From assembly GCF_018977255.1 (NCBI RefSeq), contig NW_024704742.1, forward strand, positions 63,862,001-63,926,000: a DNA stretch of 64,000 nt, read 5' to 3'. Below the pieces are notes generated by a model. That model searched no databases, was not told the DNA's origin, and saw nothing but the letters and a program-made list of their open reading frames with translations. Shown in pieces: positions 13,521 to 25,547 of this stretch; position 1 is the first letter of the stretch, and every line of letters begins with the position of its first letter. The position numbers were made by a program, and so were the translations under genes. This DNA comes from Callorhinchus milii. Taxonomy: Eukaryota.

Positions 13521-14307
13521 CCGTGAAGCAGAGCTTTCTTCATATTATGGTGACATTGCATGCAAGTTGTTGTTTTCGTTTGGCCAATTGTAGATTGGAA
13601 TGAGATTGCAAAGGAATGTTCATTGCTGAGTTCTTAGCAAACTTTACACAGAAGATAAAAATCACGTAATTGGCTATTCAACCCGTAAAGAATATCTCAG
13701 AGGGAACCTGAGAGAGGTGTTAAATGGGACAGAGTGAGAGAAACCAAGAATGATATTTCAAAAGCAGCAGGATATAAATACACGGGTTTAAGGTTTGGAA
13801 CGGTAATTTTAAGGCAGATAAAAAGGCAGCATTTCTTTACATAGAGGTCGAAAAAGAATGGTAATGGCTGGGACACTAGACTCACTTAACCAACTTTACA
13901 GGAAATATAAGAAGACAGAAAGGAGTAATTGGAAGACAGAGGATGGATATTTTAGGAGGATAAAATAATAAACTTAACACTTGATACAGCGCATTTCATG
14001 TCTGCTCTGCCACTGTTAAGTGCTCTGAGATGCTACCCTGCGTGGAGGACCCTATATAAGTCCAAGTTGTTGTTGTTGCTTGTCTAGGTGGACATTAAAG
14101 ATCCCATGGCACTATTCAAAAAGAGAAGGAGTTTCTCCTGGTTTTCTGATCAATCCCCTAAATAAAATTAGTCATTCAGTTCATGGCTGTTTGTGGGACA
14201 TTGCTATGCACAAATTGGCTGTCAAGTTTGCCTACTAAAGTCATTTCAGCTTACAGTATATCCTGTGAAGCACTTTGAGACATCCTCTCAACGTGAAAGG
14301 TACTATA

Positions 14308-16290
14308 TGGTTCACCAGCCACCTCCGCTCACTTGCTGAGTTCTTAGCAACCTTTACACAGAAGATAAAAATCACGTAATTGGCTATTCAACCAGGTGTG
14401 GTCTGCCGAATGCACTTGGCTCAAATCCGGCCTAACGGTCCACCGCCACTTCTGGCTGGACATCATCAAAACCTAACGCTCCGCTCTCACCTCGGCCAAA
14501 TCATCCTTTTATTCCAGATTAATCCTGGAAGCGAAGGACAACCACAGGCTCTTGTTCTCCACACCAACCGGCTCCTCCGCCCTCCCCGACATGCTTCGCA
14601 GATACTTTACTCTGACTCTCACTGCAAGAAAATGCTGGACTTCCTCGAGTCCAAAATCGAAGGAATCTGCTCAGCTGCCACTGCCCCCCAACTTCCACCC
14701 CCTCCCTACCCCCACCCCACACAACTACCCATCCCTCCTTCCACACCTTTGAACCTGTCAGCCCCTCCTCTGTCTCCACCACCGTAACCTCCATGAAGCC
14801 CACCACCTGTTTCCTGGACCCCATCCCCACCAATCTCCTTAAATTCCAGCTCCACCTCCTTGCCCCACTACTCGCCGACATCATTAACCTCTCCCTGTCA
14901 TCTGGCACTGTTCCTTCCCCCCTCAAAACAGACACTATTACCCCCACCTTGAAGAAACCTTCCCTCGACCCATCACAGTTATCCAGCTACCGGCCCATCT
15001 CAAATCTCCCCTTCCTATCCAAGGTCCTTGAGAGAGCCGTTGCCTACCAGCTTCGCTCTTTCCTCTCCTCTCACTCCCTCCATGAACCCCTCCAATCGGG
15101 TTTCCGTGCTGCCCACAGCACAGAAACTGCTCTGGTCAAGGTCACAAACGACATCCTGACCACATGTGACCAGGGCTCCCTCTGTCTCCTCGTCCTCCTC
15201 GAGCTCTCTGCTGCCTTTGACACCGTGGACCACTCAATCCTCCTCCACCGGCTCTCCTCCCACCTCAACGTCCAGGTTCTGTCCTTTACTGGTTCACTCC
15301 AACCTTTCACACCGCCTCCACTTCGTCACAGCAAACAGCTTCTCATGCAGTGTTCCTCAGGGCTCTGCCTCAGTCCCCTCCTCTTCACCCTCTACGTGCT
15401 CCCCCTTGGGTGATATCATCTGCAAACATGGAGTAAATTTCCGCATGTATGCGGATGACACCCAACTATCTCTCTGACTCCACCCTGAACTCCAGGACTA
15501 CTGGAGTCCTGACCGACTGCTTGTACGACATCAAGTCCTGGACGAGGGCCAACTTTCTCCAATTCAACGTCAGAGAGACCGAGGCCCTCCTGATTGGCTC
15601 GCGCCAGTGCCTCTGCACCTCAGGCGCTGGCACCATCAGCCTCCACGGCTGCACACTCAACCTCACAAAGCCAGTCAGGAACCTGGTATGTTGTTTGACC
15701 CTGAACTGTACTTTCTCCCCCACATCTGCCCCATAACCGGCACTGCCTACCACCGCCTCCGCAATATTGCCAGACTCTGCTACTGCCTCACCCCTCAGGC
15801 TGCCAAAACCCTCACCCATGCATTCATCACATCAAGGCTCAATTACGGGAACTCCCTCCTCATCGTCCTTCCCAATTATTTCCTTCACAAGCTGCAGATC
15901 ATCCAAAACTCTGCAGCTCGTGTACTCTCGCGCACCAGGCTCCGTGACCCCATTACTCTCACCCTCACCCGACTCCACTGACTCCCCATCCCCAGAGGAT
16001 TGAGTTCAAGATCCTCACCTTTAAGGCCCCCTCCTACCTCTCTGACCTGCTGACACCCTACCAACCTGCCCGCTCCCTCCGTTCATCGGGCTCCGGCCTG
16101 CTCCATGTCTCCCGCCCAACCTGCCCTACTATCGGTGGCCGGGCTTTCAGCCTCTCTGCCCCCACATTCTGGAACTCCATCCCATGGTCCCTTCACCTCG
16201 CTTCCTCCATTGCCTCCTTCAAGGCCGGTCTCAAGACCCTTCTCTTCGACCGTGTGTTTGGTCTCCCTCCCACCTCTCTGCCTTCCCTCA
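14308..16290 (+). mobile_element. L2-clade LINE, 5'-truncated ORF2 (reverse transcriptase) with frameshifts
   Basis: KPTTCFLDPIPT, YRPISNLPFLSKVLER, QSGFRAAHSTETALVKV, LSAAFDTVDH, MYADDTQL and HAFITSRL spread over several frames. Confidence 0.93.
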
Positions 16291-16294
16291 CCCC

Positions 16295-16642
16295 TACAGT
16301 GTTAATGATGCAAAACAAATGGAAGGGGGGGGGATTGTAACATAAAAGGGGAAAAGAGGTGTTAATAATGCAAAATAAAGAGTGGGGATTGGGGGATGCA
16401 ACAAAATAGGCAGCCAGAGAGAGAAAAGCTGTGTTTGGGACCCAGATGATGTGGTAATGGTCACAGAAGAGGGGGAGGGGGAAGGTGAGCTGTCATAGTC
16501 TGAAATTATTGAAATCAACATTGGACCCGGAACGTTGACTCACTTTCCTTTCTCCATAGATGCTGCCCTGACCTGCTGAGTGTTCCCAGCTACTTCTGTT
16601 TTTGTTTCAAATTTCTAGCATTTACAGCATTTTGCGTTTTTG
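16295..16642. mobile_element. Penelope-like element fragment, apparently with an inverted terminal-repeat junction near 16522
   Basis: gacccggaacgttgactcac...tccatagatgctgccctgacctgctgagtgttcccagc...tttctagcatttacagc matches my recollection of the shark Penelope-type terminal repeat; the left part resembles the element body in the opposite orientation. Confidence 0.6.
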
Positions 16643-17079
16643 TATACATTACATTTGTTTGTTCAACCTAGAGAAATCGCCACTTCAGTCTGTCCTGATG
16701 TATTACTAAGCACATCCTCATCCTGTGTTCGTCTTTCAAAGAGACTCGGGTCAACGTAAGTCTGAAATGTAAGACCAAGCTGTTTATCCAAACTTTTCAG
16801 CTGCGATGTCAATGACTCACCACTGACCCTTCTCCAAGTGCAGCCAGCCCAGCAGCAAAGACATCAAAATATACAGTTTGACAGACACAGGCTCCAGCTG
16901 CGAACTCTTCAATGTTCATCAAACCAAAAGCAAAAGGAAGTCTTTCACCAATACGGACCATAATTAATATTCCTGGATGCACTAAAACCACTGACTTGGT
17001 AGAACTTCTAAGTTTTGGTAAAGTTTATTGAAAATGTTGTAGCTTTGATTATTTACAATCTTAGTTACATCGATCAAAA

Positions 17080-18675
17080 CCCACATGAAACCAATCATCT
17101 GCTCCCTTGACCCCATCCTTACCGCTCTCCTTCCCTCCCAGCTGCACCTCATTGCCCCTCTACTCACAGACATCATAAACCTCTCCCTGTTCATTGGTAC
17201 CCTTCTCATCCCTTTAAAGACAACAGCGTCACTCCTATCCTTAAAAAACCCTCCGTGGACCCATTCCTGATCTCAAACTACGAACCCATCTCAAATCTCC
17301 CTTTCCTTTCCAAGGTCATGGAATGCATTGTTGCTTCTCAGCTTCGCTCCGTGCTCTCCTTCCACTCCCTTTACAATCCCCATCCAATCGGGTTTCCGTG
17401 TTGCCCAGAGCACAGAAACAGCCCTGGTCAAAGTGACAAATGACATTTTGTCCATCTGCGACCAGGGCTCCCTCTGCCTCCTTGTCCTCTTTGACCTCTC
17501 TGTTGCCTTCAATACCGTCGACCACTCTATCCTCATCCACCGCCTCTCCTCTCACCTCAACCTTCACAGTCCTTGAATGATTCAGATCCTACCGTCTTCA
17601 CTTCATCTCCACAAACTGTTTCTCCTTTAGCCTCCGCATCGTCTCTTGTGGCATTCCTCCTCTTCAATATCTACATGCTCCCTCTTGGTGACATCATCCG
17701 CAGTCATGGGTTCAACTTCCACATGTATGCGGATGACACCCAACTATACCTCTCTGCCTCCACCCTGGACTCCAGGACCACTGCTGTCCTGACAGAATGT
17801 CTGTCAGACATCAAGTCCTGGATGAGAGCTAACTTTCTTCAGTTGAATACCAACAAGACCGAGGCTCTCCTGATTGGTTCCAGTCAGTGTCTCCACACCT
17901 CAGGCGCTGACAGCCTCACCATCCACGGTTGCACACTCCACCTCACTAAGCCAGTCCAGAACCTTGGCATTTTGTTTGACCCTCAACTATCCTTTCTACC
18001 CCACATCTGTGCCATGACCCGCTCTGCCTTTCCCCACCTCCACAACATCACCCGGCTCTGCCAATGTCTCACGCTGCAGGCCCCCGAAAACCTCATACAA
18101 GCATTCATTACATCAAGGCTTGACTATGCAAACTCGCTGCTTATCGGCCTTTCTAACTCTCCCCTCCATAAGATGCAGATCATCCAGAACTCTCCAGCAC
18201 CAGGCTCTGTAACCCTATCACCCCCATCCTTGCCCGACTCCACTGGCTTCCCATCACACAGAGGATACAATTCAAGACTCTGGTCCTCACCTTCACAGCC
18301 CTCCATGGCCTCACTCCCCCTACTTCTCTGACCACCTAAACCCCTTCCAACCTGCTCCTCCTTCTGCTCAGCGGGCGCCGACCTGCTTCTTGTCCCCCAC
18401 TTCGCTCGCCCCACCATTGGTGGTCGGGCCTTCAGCCACTCTACCCCCATCCTCTGGAACTCCATTCCCCAGTCCCTCTGCCTCACCCCCTCCCTTGCCT
18501 CCTTCAAGACCCATCTCAAGACTCTCCTCTTTGACCGTGCTTTCGATCACCCTCCATTCCCCCCATGCTCTCCATCCTTCCCAACCCCCAACCCGAGTCC
18601 GAAACACTAACTGTCCAGCGCCTTGGGACGTCCTCCCGACGTGAAAGGAGCTATACAAATGTAATTTTGTTGTTG
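17080..18675 (+). mobile_element. L2-clade LINE ORF2 fragment with 3' tail
   Basis: QSGFRVAQSTETALVKV, FHMYADDTQLY, AFITSRLDYANSLL; tail gctatacaaatgtaattttgttgttg. Confidence 0.93.
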
Positions 18676-21600
18676 ATGTTGTAACCCCATTTTATGAATA
18701 GACCCAATGTCCAATTATTGAAGGCTTGAGACCAATACTGTGATGAAATGAACTAGTGCTTTGGGAAGTCCTCCTGACATGAAAGCCACTGTAACAAATA
18801 TAAAGATTATATTGTTATTTTCATTTATATAGCGCCTTCCATGCAGGGTAGCGTCTCGGAGCGCTTATATTCAATCACCCTTCAAAGCTCTTCCTGATGA
18901 CAAGGCCAATAGTACTCATTGGTAAATACCCAGATAGTTATGAATGCCCAGTTTGTGCGGCTCTGAGCAGATACTCGCCTTATGAAGGCCTCAGGGCAGA
19001 TAACCTCCTTGCTCTCTCTCCTGGTGGGTGGCGAGTTTGGGGAGAAGAGAAAGAGGTAATATACAACAATATACAATTCACAGCCCAGAAAAGATGCTAT
19101 GGAAATGCCAGTTCACAGGTAGACTTTAGCCTGCAGCTATACACAAAGAAGATAATTATGCCAACCTACAGATTTGAGAGCTAAACCAAATGCTTGTCAA
19201 AGTTACTATTTCCCAAAAGAATGAGCTGAGGGAGCACAAGCCTGGCTCTTCAGGTCTGTTTGTCAGATCCTGCTCTCAGCCACAACGTCATTGTGTCGGA
19301 ACATGAGTAAGATGAACAGGATTAACCTCTTCAGCATTGGAGCTTATGGTTCTAATGGTTTTGCTGAAGCAGTGGGGAGCTTTATTTAGTTTTAACTGAT
19401 AATAATATATAATAATCCTTGCATTTGATATAGCGCTTTAACATGTCGTTGAGATGTCTCAAAGCATTTCACAAGATAATACTGTCAAGTGGAGTGACTG
19501 TGTGTTTTGTGGGCAAAACTCGGTAGTCAAATGATACTTAAACGGTACAAACATCCTTCCATTTCATTTAGTGCCTTAATGTGTTCTCAAAACATCTCAA
19601 AGTACTTTGCAGCATTTGTTGTAAAGTGTAGTGTCTGTGTGTTTTGTAGGCGAGCACGGCAGCCAATTTAAACGCAACAATGCCCCACAACAGCCATGAA
19701 GTGAATGATTTATTTTATCAGGATGATTGTTGGCCAAGACATCAAGAGAGACTCCCTTCGCTTTTCGAATAGTGCAAATGGGCTGAAAAAATGCCACGGT
19801 GTAAACGTCATTCACTGCAAGGAATCCCATCTGCATCATCCTGCCAGGTGAGAATCGAGGCGATCACAGATACGTACCAAGGTTCCCCTTAGTCAGTGGG
19901 AGGTAGATGGAATTCTTTGCACAGAGCAGTTTACATCAAGAGGGCTATGTTCTGTGGTGAGGTGCCAATAACGTTAATCCTTTTTCTTTCTGAATTTTCT
20001 TTTTTTTAATGTCAACATTTTATTGCCATTTAAAAATATATTTTATTAACATTTTAAAACCAAGAGAACAGAGCGGAAAATATTCTCAATTGGCCAGATA
20101 GTTAATCATGAACTACACAGGAAATGTTACCTCACTCAGATATAATGCTGAATGGAGACAGCTGTGGTCACTTAATATATGCCTCTCATGCACATAGGAC
20201 AAATAGTCTTTTGCACATGCATCATTAAATCGTCAGTGTGCCTTTGTTGTGGTCAGTCAGATCCTGCATGTCATGTGTGAGATACACCTGGCTGCTGAGC
20301 TCTGACTTGGTCAAACGCTCTGGGATTCTACCCTGCGTGAGGACCACTATATAAATGTAAGTTTGTTGTTGTTGACTTGTATTCACAATAGGAATCATTT
20401 ATAGCGACTCAAGAGTTGCAAGCAGGGAATCCAGGTGGTAACTGGAAATCTTCAGCTGTTTACAGTAAAAGTCCCATGGCATTGATTGAAAAGAGAAGAG
20501 TTTCACCCGGTATCCTGGCCAACAATCCCCCAGATAAAATTGTTCACTTATTTCAATGGCAGCTGCACATGGGACTTCGCTGTGCACAAATTGGCTGCAG
20601 CGTAAATACCCCACTCCACAATAAGATTTTCGTTGACGTGATATCGTGCTATATCAGATGCGAGGATTATTAAGTCTAGAGTGGTTTAGAGAGAAAGCAC
20701 ACCACCAGACCAACTGGGAATGGGCAACGCAATAAATGCCGGCACTGCGAGGGTAGTCCACAACCCGAGAATGATTTTTTAAAGAGTGCGTCACGCTAAC
20801 TTGTGGGAACTATGTTTCGACACAGCCTGCAAATAGTTCGGACTGTGTCACAGGTTTCTGGGTTTCCTATTTGCGACATAGTGGACTAACAAATTGCCGC
20901 AAATTAATCTGCCACCTTTTCCCTTTCCTCCCAAAAAAGTATTTATCCAGTTGTTCAACCAGACTGATAACATTTCAGGTATTCAGCGCATTCGCGTTAC
21001 TGAGAGAGGCATTCAAACTTTCCAGGAATGCATCAGCATTCCTCTAGATCTAATCTCTACCATTGGTCACAGTCACAGCAAATGTAGTTTCTTGCACTAA
21101 TCAGACGTGATGTGCTTGTCAAGGCACTTGTTGCAGATGAACAAGAAACTTTTTGGTTGTACACAACCTCACTGACAGTGACAGGTTCAGTGGTTTGTAA
21201 AGCCCATCCGTCTAGTTTCCCTGAGCTTTTGTAATTCGCATCCAGAGGTCTTTACACAAAACCTGTAGCAGTGTATTCTGTCAATCAATCGTCTGGAACA
21301 TTAACAGTCATTCAGCAGCATTTGAAAGGAATCATTGTAATCAATGTAATCAAACAGGATTTTAACCTAGTTATTTTTTGGTCAGATGGGTGTCTGATGC
21401 ATGCAAAAATCCATTGAGGTGCTCAAGAATATCCAAACCAGGGTCAATTAGTCAATTCACTTTGCAGTATATTCTGTGTAGCACTTTGAGGCATCGACGA
21501 CGTGATAAGGCTCTGTATCAAATGCAAGTAGTCCAATTCTGTTTTTCAGATGAGACTCTACACCAAAGTCCCATCTGCCTGGAAATGTTAAAGATCCTAT

Positions 21601-22044
21601 AATGCTATTTGAAATGAGAAGAGTGTTTGTTCTGGTATCCTGGCCAATATCCCGCCAGATTATTCTCCAGTCTATTTGTGGACCTTGCTGCACGCAAATG
21701 GCCACAGCATTTTTCTACAAAAAAGAACTTACTGTGAAGCAACATGGGGCTTGAACCCACAAGTTTCAAACCCAGATGCTGGAGTTTATCAACTAAGCCA
21801 AACTATTACCAATACTGCCGCCCAAGTGACCCAGCCAGAAAGTCCCAGACAGAAAGCTACACGCAGTTAATTAGCTACACTCAGTTACACAATAATATTT
21901 ATCTTTACATTTGACATAATGTATGGAAACAGGCCATTTGGCCCAACTAATCCATCCTAATGTTTACATTCCCCACAAAATTCCCCTATCCTACACCCTT
22001 CTGGTCCCTTCTCCTTCATGTATGGTTCAAGTTTTCTCTTAAAT

Positions 22045-22515
22045 ACACCTCAGGCACTGGTAGTATCACCACCCATGGTTGCACACTCCACCTCACTGAG
22101 CCAGTCCAGAACCTCGAAATTTTGTTTGCCCCTTAACTGTTCTGTTCTTTCTACCCCACATCCTTGCCATGACCCGCTCTGCCTACCCCCACCTCCGCAA
22201 CATCGCCCAGCTCTGCCACTGCCTCTCTACTCAAGCCACCGAAACCCTCAGGCACGCATTCATCACATCTAGGCTCGACTACGCCAACTCCCTGCTTGTC
22301 GGCCTTCCCAACTCTTCCCTCCACAAGCTGCAGATCATCCAGAACTCTGCAGCTTGTGTCCTCTCCCGCACCAGGCTCTGTGATGCCATCACCCCCACCC
22401 TCGCCCGACTCCACTGGCTCCCCACCCCTTAGAGGAAAGAGTTCAAAATCCTCGACCTCACCTTCAAAGCCCTCCTCGGCCTCACTCCTTCCTACCTCTG
22501 TGACCTGCTGACCTC
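22045..22515 (+). mobile_element. L2 LINE fragment
   Basis: HAFITSRLDYANSLLVGLP...QNSAACVLSRT...LHWLP. Confidence 0.88.
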
Positions 22516-23739
22516 AAACAAAACTCACCGTGGGGGGTAAATTTGTGGCATTTAATTTAGTCAATGAGCATTCTTATCTCGGGGTATGTTGGCCAGGACA
22601 AAGGGAGAAACTACCTTTTTCAAATCGTGCCATGTGATCTTAATATCCACCTGAACAGGCAGGCAGGATCTTGGTTTAACATCTCACCTGAAGGACGACA
22701 CCTCCAACAATACAACAACTTTAATTTATATAGCGCCCTTCATGCAGGTTAGCGTCCCGGAGTGATTGCAATGCAACACAGCCCACACTGCCTTGGAGTG
22801 TCAGCCTATATGATGAGTTCAAAGCCCCTATGTGGGACCTGAACTCATGACCTTCTGATTCAGAGGTGAGAGTGTAATTGAGCAATTGACTGAGAATGAC
22901 ACCTTTGAAAAGTTGGGGCTGTTTGTGCTGATGGGAAGGTTAGGGGAATCGAATGGAGGTTTCAAAATCATGAATGGTTTTGATGGATAAATAAAGAGAG
23001 ATCATTTCCAGTGAACGAACTTGAGCCAGGAACAAGAGGCTGTGAATTAAGGGTTCTCTCAAGAAGAAAAAATGTGTAGTTAGAAGAACTGTGGTTGGAA
23101 TGGGGAATGCCTTATTATGAACAGCTGTTGAAACCCAGTCAATAACAGCATTTAAAATTAAATTGGACAATTATTGAAGAAAAACATTATTAAAGGGTTT
23201 GCGGAAAGAACTAGGGAATGGCACTAAGCACGTAACTCTGAGGGGGTGGGGGTGGGGGTGGAACTCACACCAGCACAGACACGATATGCCAAATGTGTGG
23301 TGTAAACATTCTCCAATTATTCTACCTAAATATATTTAAGAGAAACCTTGATACATATAAGTGTTTTCTTTGGGCGAAGGCAATCGAAGGGTATAATTGA
23401 GGCTTCTGAGGAGTATAAACACTTGCATGGACTAGTTTAATCATAGGGCCTTTTTCAATGCTTATAGTTATCACTCTATGTATGAATGCTGAACCACAAA
23501 TTTGGCCAAATTTGATGGATTTAATCAAACAGATGTGAATGTCTAATGCAGATCTCCAGCGGGGACAACACAGCAAACATAACGGGTGAAATTTAAGCGC
23601 CGGTATAAAATAAAACTCACAAAGTTATTCCTGGGCGAATTTACTCCAGGGCGAATGCGTATCCTCCTTGGGAATGGGGATGGGGGCTGTAGGTGGGGTG
23701 GGGGGTTGTGGGGGTGGGGTTGGGGAGTAAACAGGATCA

Positions 23740-24305
23740 CCTTGGAGTTGAACTGGTTCCAAGGTGACATGCTTGGAAATGGAATGTCAAAATTGAGCCA
23801 GCCCTCTGTGGTGGTCTCCAGTCTGGTTCCTGAGCCAGGTGGGTTTGCAGTATTCCAGGGCACTGCTGATGACAGCACAGCCAGCCTGCCTCATCGGCAG
23901 GACCTGGAAGGGCAGACCAGTCACTGGGGGCAGGAAATCATCCCCCTCAGCTCCTGTTAAGCCTGAAAGCCAAAGCCCTAACCAATGGTCCTAACTGGAC
24001 AACTGGTGGGAAAGCTTGCCAGAACACGATATCGATGGCAGGCAAAGCGGTTTTATCTAGTGAGACTCCAGCAGTACCCTAATGCACAGTCTTGGATCCC
24101 CAAGAATGTCTCTTGCCAACCTGCACCAGAATTAGGTAAACAGGATCTGTCCCTCCAGGGAGAGAGTGTGCATTCCATTCCAACAATCTATCTCTGGGAT
24201 TTCCATGTGTAAGTGGGATGCATGGAAACTCAGCTTGGTTTGGATACTCTTAAGCATAGTGATGGGTTTCTGCATGTGTCAGACACCCGGCTGACCAAAA
24301 AAAGA
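23740..24305 (+). repeat. Unclassified ~560-bp dispersed repeat with A-rich 3' end
   Basis: Shared blocks (cagcagtaccc; gtccctccagggagag; ggtttggatactcttaagcat) recur at ~6660-7110, ~8230-8480, ~8672-9000 (-), ~30750-31025, ~43560-43795 (-), ~51135-51340. Confidence 0.8.
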
Positions 24306-24751
24306 TAAGGGTGAATTTATGAAAGTGAAAGATGGTTTTAGATTTGTGGCTTTCTCATCTATCTGGAGAGATTAGTCTTGGGAATGCAGCAACCATCTCT
24401 GCACCAAGTGATGCAGTTATCATGAACATCTGTAAAGATGGTGCAAAGAAGCAGCTGGTTATGATGTCAATGGGATTAACATTGCAACATTTTTAATGGT
24501 ATCCTTTAATCCTGTTGAAGTGGGATTAATGTGGTTCAACTGAATATTGTTTCGGTTACTGGATGGAGTCATCATTTGTATGAATCAGAATAGTTATTAA
24601 GAATTAAGAAATATTTCAATTAAGACTGAAAATTAGACTGTGAAATTAGGCCGATTGTCAGCATGGCTCAATTGGTAGCACTCTTGCTTTTGAGTCAGAA
24701 AGTTCTGGGTTTAAGTCCCATGTGAAGACCTTCTGAACTCATAGACTAGGC

Positions 24752-24947
24752 CAGTGGTGGCTAATCATTTTGGTCGACCAAAAAGATAAGTTTTCTTGAT
24801 TGAATATTTCTTGATTTATGCGATAAATCAAGAAATATTCAATCAAGATAAACTGGGAAACACATTAACAATCAACCACAGATTTACCTAGACTAGCGCA
24901 AATGTTTGCGGGGGCTTCTTAATGTCCCTATGGACCATAGTTGCCTG
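24752..24947. mobile_element. hAT-type non-autonomous DNA transposon (MITE) nested in a SINE
   Basis: Begins CAGTGGTGGCTAA, ends TAGTTGCCTG; flanked by 8-bp gactaggc and gcctagac, each one mismatch from the SINE target gcctaggc seen uninterrupted near 50424. Confidence 0.7.
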
Positions 24948-25230
24948 GCCTAGACTGACACACTCTAATACGGTGCTGGAGGAGTGCTGCATCGGAGGTG
25001 CCATCCTACAGATAAGACGTTAAACCGAAGTCTCATCTGCCTGTTCAGGTGGACGTTACAGATCCCATGATAGCATTTGAAAAAAGAGAAGCGAGTTTCT
25101 CCTGGTGTCCAACAATCTCTCAGGCAAAACTGATCATTCACTTCATGGCTGTTTGTGGGACATTGCTGTGTGCAAATTAGTTGCTGCACTGACCTACAAA
25201 AATATAGTCACTGTACTTTACACAAACTTT

Positions 25231-25547
25231 ATAATAATAATAATCCTTGCATTTGATATAGCGCTTTTTACGTCGGAAGGACGTCCCAAAGCGCTTCACA
25301 GAATATACTGTAAAGTGAATTGACTGTATATTTGTGGGTGAACGCGGCAGCCAATTGCGCACAGCAATGTCCCACAAACAGTCGTAGATTGAAAATGACC
25401 AATTTATTATTGTTTTTGGTTTTGGAGGGATTATTATTAGGCGTGTGGAGTAAGGAAACTTGCCCAAGGTTTCGCCCTGTCTGGAATTGAACTCAGGTCT
25501 CTCATTTGCAAAGCGAGTGCTCTAACCACTGAACTACAGGACTTCAC
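25231..25547 (-). mobile_element. Young tRNA(Ala)-headed SINE, same subfamily as 42268
   Basis: Reverse complement differs from 42268-42583 at about 11 of ~315 positions by manual count. Confidence 0.9.

Noticed and set aside
17573..18331. Longest ORFs (252 aa here, 206 aa at 14793, 189 aa at 60197) as host or novel RT genes
   Set aside because: They are frameshifted, truncated L2 ORF2 fragments with no endonuclease domain.
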